The notes under the pieces: model-generated | What the model was told of the DNA's origin: nothing | Database searches by the model: none | Seen by the model: only the letters and a program-made list of their open reading frames with translations | In this document: positions 60,484-64,000 of the stretch, piece after piece | How the letters are laid out: each line of letters begins with the position of its first letter | How positions within the stretch are numbered: position 1 is the first letter of the stretch | Assembly: GCF_009914755.1 (NCBI RefSeq) | Contig: NC_060933.1 | Source of the DNA: the human T2T-CHM13v2.0 reference genome, Homo sapiens | Direction: 5' to 3' (one strand) | DNA length: 64,000 bases | Position numbers and translations under genes: made by a program

Positions 60484-62110
60484 GTGCTCTATACTAAAAG
60501 TTACTAAAGTTTATTCTCTGCAAAAAATGCTTTTTTTCTTTTGTTTTCTCTCAGTTCACATTTGAGCTTTTTTGGCCTATGTTTCAGAAATTCTTTTCCC
60601 CACTTTGCACTTATAATTGTGTAGCAGAATTGTTTCAACAAAATCTAAAGGGGTGTGAGATCAGGTAAAAAGGTTATAAGGAGATCCACTTCCAGGAGCA
60701 TAAAAACATAATATCAACGAAGTTACTTCCAACAGTAAAAAGAGAGAAAGTTTGGCATGTGCTAATTAAAGACTATGATGTGTGTGAATTTGTTTCCAAT
60801 TATGAGATCTGAATCCAATAATGAATTCTTTGAACATCTTTCCAAAGAAACATATATGGCTCTATATAAAATTTCATAACAATCCCTAAATAAAAATAAT
60901 TTGCAACCTTCATGATACACAAGAAGAAAAATGTCAAAGGTACACTGTATGTTCTCAATGGAATAATAAAAAACATTTAAAATTATAAGCATCTGGGGAA
61001 AATTCATGATATAACATTATGTTAAATAAAAATAAAAGAAAATGTATCTTTTCTATAAGTACACAACCTAAAAAAATAAAAGAAGTTTAGCGTGTGGGGT
61101 CATAAAATCATGAGTAAATTTCCCTTTCACATAGATTTCTGTTAATACTGCATTTCTGCTATTGGTGTATGTTATTTAAAATAAGTAGAAAAACAGTTAC
61201 TAATTATGGCAATAAGACTTAGAAAAAATACCTTTTTTGTTTTATTGGTGTTTTTTAATGTGTTGAAGTGGAAGAAATGTTTATCTATCAGAATTTTCTG
61301 TCAATTTTCTGTCTGTAGTGTATAAGACTAAGCTATATGTAGGGAATAGATAAGAAACCCAGCAGAAAACAGCCCACTCAAAGTAAACTGCTGAGGGGAG
61401 TTTAATAGACTCTTCACAAATGTGTGGGCAAGGATTTAGGGAAATCAGCAAGGAATCAGGCAGCCCCTGCACTGCCGGAGCTGGGGGCAGTGCCGGGCTC
61501 ACAAGCAGGGAGCTATTATCACTCTTGGAACCAAAGGGAAAAGGATGGAGCAGTCAATGGAAGCTGGGTTGCATTCCTTAATGGAAAGGCTACCTTAGGG
61601 AGGGAAACAGCTAATGGACAGCATGCTGACAGGGTGAGCCTAAGGAATAGATACCCCAACCTCACAGTACTGACGCATCCTAATCATAAATCCCAATGAA
61701 GCCAAAGAACAAGGTAGCTGGTTGGTGCAGGTCAGCTCTCCAGGGGCAGAGATAGAGAAAAAAGGCATGTGGATATGGAGAGATGTGTGGACAATAAGCA
61801 GAACAAGGGGTTATAGAGGAGTACAGGAAGGGGATCTGTACATTTACACATGGGTTCACACAGGGCTTATGCTAAGGGCTTCAGGCTAATGCTAATGAAG
61901 AAAAATGTGACTAAAGGCACTTCTGAAAACCTGGAGCATTGCGTAAACATGTTTATTTCTCCTTATGTGCAACAGTGCCCGTGCTGTGTTTGCTTGGCTG
62001 AAATAAAATGTTCCAAGACATCCTGCACAATCCTTTGCATTAATAGCAAGAGCTAATGGATCTTAAAACAAGAAGAATCTTATCAGACCTGTGTCTAAAA
62101 ACCTCTCCTG

Positions 62111-63060
62111 CAGAAACGAAGAAAATTTTTGCAATCTACCCATCTGACAAAAATCTAATATCCAGAATCTACAAGGAGCTTAAACAAATTTACAAGAAAA
62201 AACAAACAATCTCATCAAAAAGCAGGCGCAGGATATGAACAGATACTTCTCAAAAGAAGACATTTATATGGCCTACAAACATATGAAGAACGCTTATCAT
62301 CACTGATCATTAGAGAAATGCAAATCGAAACTACAATGAAATTCCATCTCACGCCAGTTAGAATGGAGATTATTAAAAAGTCAGGGTACAACAGATGCTG
62401 GCAAAGCTGTGGAGAAATAGGAGCGCTTTTACACTGTAGGTGGGAGTGGAAATTAGCTCAACCATTGTGGAAGACAGTGTGGCGCTTCCTCAAAGATCTA
62501 GAACCAGAAATACTATTTGACCCAGCGATCCCATTACTGGGTATATACCCAAAAGATTATAAATCATTCTACTATAAAGACACAGGCACACATATGTTTA
62601 CTGCAGCACTATTTACAATAGCAAAGACTTAGAACCAACCCAAATGCCCACCAATGATAGATTGGATAAAGAAAATATGGCACATATACACCATGGAATA
62701 CTATGTAGCCATAAAAAGAGATGAGTTCATGTCCTTTGCAAGGACATGGATGAAGCTGGAAGCCATCATTCTCAGCAAACTAACACAGGAACAGAAAAAC
62801 CAAACACCGCATGTTCTCACTCATAAGTGGGAGTTGAACAGTGAGAACACATGGACACAGAGAGGGGAACATCATGTACCAGGGCCTGTCAGGGGATGGG
62901 GGCAAGGGGAGGGAAAGCATTAGGACAAATACCTAATGCATGACAGGTTGATAGGTGCAGCAAACCACCATGGCACATGTATACCTATGTAACAAACCTG
63001 CATGTTCTGCACATGTATCCTAGAACTTAAGTAAAGTTATTTTACTTAAAGTTAAAAAAA
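62111..63060 (+). mobile_element. 5'-truncated L1PA (L1PA8-like), ORF2 C-terminus plus 3'UTR
   Basis: ORF pieces QIETTMKFHLTPVRM..CWQSCGEIG..HC; GGACAAATACCTAATGCATG; approximate TSD AAAAAC(C)TCT.CTG. Confidence 0.92.
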
Positions 63061-63229
63061 AAAAACTCTGCTGATCACATCTTTTTGTGGCAGATTTTAT
63101 ATATCATATATATAATTAATAAATCATCCTATGCCCTCATGGAGACTTTCTTGACTTCTACATTTCTCAAAAAAGATATTTTTTTCTAGACATATAAATT
63201 GTTGATGATAGTGTTGGTGATGATGATGA

Positions 63230-63420
63230 TGACAGCTATCACTTATTGAATGCTTACTATATGTGCTAAAGTACCTAGGAAGTAGGTAATATTATTGTCT
63301 CCTTTTAACATACGGGTAAAAAACTAAGGCTAAAGGAAGTCCATTAACTTCTTCAAATCATATCACCAGAAATGACTGGGGCTTTTGGAGGCTGTCAGAC
63401 TACAGAGCCCTCAATTTTAA
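63230..63420 (-). mobile_element. MIR fragment
   Basis: CACTTATTGAATGCTTACTATATGTGC...AAACTAAGGCT. Confidence 0.7.
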
Positions 63421-64000
63421 GCAGTCCATTGCCTTTCTGAAAACAGTATATTATATCTTTTATTTTAATATTGAGAAAGTTGATTGATGATCTTTAAAAC
63501 TTTTCCTTAATAGCTAATTAAATGATATACTAAACTGTCAAAGATGGAGAAAGAACAAGAGAAAAGACATCAGAGAGGGCATGAACTGAGGGGAGATGGA
63601 GGACTTGGAAAGTTCTAAGCTGATTTCAGTCTAGTTGTTGTCTCCTACCATTCACAAATGTTCTCTGTGACTTTCCATCTGAACTGACAGTTTTCCTTTC
63701 TTTCCTTAAATGAGTGTCGTGAACACTTGGGAGCTAAGTTGGATCACTTTGTCGAATCTATATTAAAGTCCTACATATGAAGCTCTAATAGTTTTGTATG
63801 CCAGAGGCCTTACATTTATCCCATGTCAGTTTTGTTCAATGAAATTCTAAGAAATATGATGGAACTGTGCATCTGACCACATAGCATCTGTCAGTGTGAA
63901 ACTGCTGTACTAACATGTCAAGCTGATTTTCGTAAAACATGCCAATCAACCAAACCTGGGGGTTATCTATATTACCTAACATCAACGCTTAAAACATTAA

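Overview
Primate (probably human or other great-ape) nuclear DNA, AT-rich and repeat-dense. I recognise no host protein-coding exon, no tRNA/rRNA/snRNA and no CRISPR array. The dominant feature is a full-length (~6.06 kb) minus-strand L1PA2/L1PA3-type LINE-1 at 16.9-23.0 kb. Its ORF1 is intact, its ORF2 is broken only by two A-homopolymer frameshifts, and its ORF0 is frameshifted. The rest comprises 16 Alus plus one FLAM, solo LTRs (MSTA/MSTB/MSTD, THE1, MLT1, MLT2, MER76-like), DNA-transposon relics (MER63, MER20, MER58, MER53, MER5, Tigger3a, Charlie4a, MER103), old L1M/L2/MIR pieces and microsatellites. The most notable unique sequence is a repeat-poor block at about 26.8-29.3 kb. It has a CCAAT/PBX-PREP/TATA/Inr arrangement followed by textbook non-coding exon signals, 5 kb downstream of the L1 antisense promoter, so it is a candidate lncRNA locus. 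Other exon-like pieces lie at 2.3-4.4 kb and 11-12 kb. Repeat subfamily names come from recalled consensus sequences and need RepeatMasker/Dfam confirmation. I found no evidence of a wholly new biological system; the findings are hypotheses.
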